From: the human T2T-CHM13v2.0 reference genome, Homo sapiens
Length of the DNA stretch: 64,000 nucleotides
NCBI RefSeq assembly: GCF_009914755.1
Contig: NC_060928.1
Strand: one strand, 5' to 3'
Shown: positions 60,640 to 64,000 of the stretch, in pieces
Numbering within the stretch: position 1 is the stretch's first letter
Layout: every line of letters starts with the position of its first letter
The notes under the pieces: model-generated
What the model saw: only the letters and a program-made list of their open reading frames with translations
Databases searched by the model: none
What the model was told of the DNA's origin: nothing
Translations under genes and position numbers: made by a program

Positions 60640-61790
60640 CTCTTTGATTTGTAAAATGAAGATAATAATATCTACTCATGTGATTTTATGAGATTTAAAT
60701 GAATTAATATGTGTAAATCACTTAGAACAATGTCTGGCACGTAGCAAGCATCAGGTGATAATATTACTATTTTGTGACTGGGCAGGTCTTCTTCATGCTG
60801 ACTGAGAAGTGTTCACTTTGATTCTAAAAGCAGTGGGCTATCACTAAAGATTCAAAAAGAAAAGAGTGATAGAATCAACTCGAAATTTTAGACATATCCC
60901 TCTGGCTATAATATATTGAAGAGGGCCAAATCTGGAGGCAGAAGGGTTAGGTGCCATTCGTACAATGCAGACATAAGATGAAAAAGACTTAAACTAGAAT
61001 AATGGCAGCAGAACTCAAGATAGAGGAATAAATTGAGGACACAGTTATGAGAGATGAACAACAGAAATTGAAGTAAGATTTAGAGAGAGGGGGGATGCAA
61101 TAAAATTATGTCTTGGATAACCTATGCAGGGAAGACAGAATTGAGAATCAATCTGCATGGGGAAAAAAATGTGTTTGCTTTTAAATTGAGTTTTGGATGC
61201 CTTCAGAGTTTTATATTACAGGAGACCAATAGGCAGGTGTTTTTTGGCAGATTTTAAGCTTGTGAAAGAAATCTGGCCTACAGCTATAGATGTGGAATTG
61301 TTTGGCATATAGACAGCGGTAGCAACCTTGACAGGGGATGAGATTGTCTCCAAGGGAGAATGCTTACCGTAAGAGCAGAAAATCACCCAGGGAAGACACC
61401 TAAGTAAAACCATCACGTAAGCAACAAGAAGATATTGAGAACAACCCAAAAGGAAACTGAGAAGGAGAAGATAGAGAAATTGGAGAAAACAAGAAAAGTA
61501 CATTGTCTCAGAAACCCAGCAGAGAGAAGTTTGATTCGCAGGAGGCGGTTTCAGTATGGCCAGTTACTAGGTGAATGCAACCATGAATTTAGACAAAATG
61601 AAGACTGAGAATTGCCCTTTAGACTTAAGAAGCCTTGTGGGGAGCAGGGGTGTTAAGAGGAAGAATTAATACTACAATGTGTTCTAAGGGGAGTACGAAG
61701 TGAGAAGGCAAAAACAGCAAGTAGAGAAGTTTCTCAAAAAGCTTGTATCTGAGTAGGACAATGAGATGTGGCAGTGGTTAGAGTGGAATG
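60640..61790. mobile_element. MIR (~60640-60770) followed by an antisense L2 (~60790-61790)
   Basis: tgtaaaatgaagataataat...cttagaacaatgtctggcac; L2 motifs gagttttggatgcc and aatgaagactgagaattgccc. Confidence 0.65.
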
Positions 61791-62298
61791 CAGGGGCGTA
61801 GCCATTGAACTTTGCTCTCACAAACATCTCTCTCTTTCTTGGACACTTCTTCCATATTCATGTGTAAATGAGACAATTGATACAAAAAACCATCTATCTA
61901 CCCATTATAAGTATTCAATAAAGATTAGTTCCATCATTCACACAGTTTGATCTTGGCAACTCTGGCTGCCCCGAGAACTTTTTAGGGATCTCTGAAGTCA
62001 AAACTATATTCATAAAAATGCAAAAACATTATTTGTCTCTTTCACTCCTAATCTTACATGAGAGCAAAGTGAGTTTTTCACAGTCCATTTGAAGCGTGAG
62101 ATGCAATAGGCTGAATGTAGAAGCAGACATAAAAATCTACCTGTCATCTTAGCCAGGGAGGCTTGCAAAGTGTAAAACAGTGTAAGTCTTCTCATTAAAT
62201 ATATTTATTCTGTAAAATCTAATTTTTATAAATAAAAAATGAGTTTACTATTGTCATTTCAAACAAATTTATGACTCACTTTTAATATTCTCCATTAA

Positions 62299-62812
<514 letters not shown>

Positions 62813-64000
62813 TGCTTAATTCTCAATAATTTTTAAGAGTATAAAGAAGTATGGAAACCAAAAGTTTGAGATCTTCCTGATTCGTTGGCACTAAAATTAT
62901 TAGTTCCTATCATTAAGTGTTTCCTAAAACTGAGTATCCAGGTTTCTGTAAAGTAATAAGCAAAATAAAATTTGAACATAGACTTTAATCCTGAAAGAAC
63001 TTTTTTCTATTTTTCTATAATATATGTATGCCTTACTACTGAATCTTCCATGTTTACTTATATTTCATGTCTACCAGATGAAATAAAAAATAGATGATGC
63101 TTTATAATTGGTGACAGCAAAGTCTCTTCAAAATACTCTGGTATAGAGTGTTTGTTGGTATAGAGTGCAAATAGATTATTAAAGTATGTATTTATTGATT
63201 GATTGTAAATTTGTGAATAGAATATTGTTGGATGAAAGAATGGCACTTGATAAACCATAGAGAAGGACTGAAGTTCAGCAATTTCTTGTAATGCATCTGG
63301 ACATTATTTCTTAAAACACTATAAAGTCTAATTTTACAGAATTGACTTGACAAGGAATATAACATTGTGATTAGGATGAAAATTGTTTCTGTCTCTATGT
63401 AAGTGAGCATTGATATGTTTTCATTTTAAACTTGGAAAAAATTGATTTTTTTCTTTCCCTATTTAAAATAAAATGCATTCCCCTTTCCTTTTCACATGCG
63501 CCTCAATTCTATATAGTGGTTCTTTGAAAACTAATTTTTTGGGGGATACCCTTTTCCCTATAACAAGATCTAGCCTTTTTGTCAATAAAATAATAATTCC
63601 CAATTAATTAGCATTTTTATGTTGATGGTCTCTAGATACCTCGTAGAAAATTAGGATGCATTATGAAAACAATCATAAAACCTGTTTAATAATTGTTACA
63701 AATACAGTTTTTTACTATAGATGTTAGTAGTAAAATAATGAAAAATAGTAGCAAAATTTGGTGTAGTCTACTAATTCTTTTTACTTAAAAGTTGTTACTC
63801 TAAAAATCATTCTTTCTTGTTTTACACACACAAGTAAAGCAATATTTTCTAATTAAGAGTACATTTTTTTTTTACTTGACATCTCCACTTGGATAGCTAA
63901 TTGGAGTTTTAAACTTCACATGGCCTAAGAAAAACAAATTAGTTTGTTCTCTGGCTATTCTCATCCACATGATTGCTTACGCTAAAACCTACAAAATATC

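Noticed and set aside
63058-63110. HLFFISSGRHE resembles a short GREB1-family motif
   Set aside because: Too short, crosses the likely donor site, and neighbouring exons show no GREB1 similarity

Overview
Primate (human/great-ape-like) genomic DNA, AT-rich and rich in interspersed repeats, with no intact protein-coding gene, RNA gene or CRISPR array. The repeats include a decayed L1PA6/7-like element (1-4387) whose tail became a ~540-bp purine microsatellite, about 14 Alu/FAM copies, other L1 pieces (a twin-primed inversion and a young GCG/A 3' fragment), THE1, LTR12-type, MER52/LTR27-type and MLT1 LTRs, an ERVL-like internal remnant, and MER2, Tigger3a, Charlie1, MER5, L2, L3 and MIR fossils. 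The main signal the repeats do not explain is a chain of minus-strand AG...GT-bounded exon remnants (~63318 to ~48850). Their splice phases join into one reading frame with few stops, which points to a decayed multi-exon (unitary-type) pseudogene of unrecognised identity; its peptide shows repeated RGS-domain-like motif spacing (inference only). Repeat family calls come from recall of consensus sequences, not from a database search.
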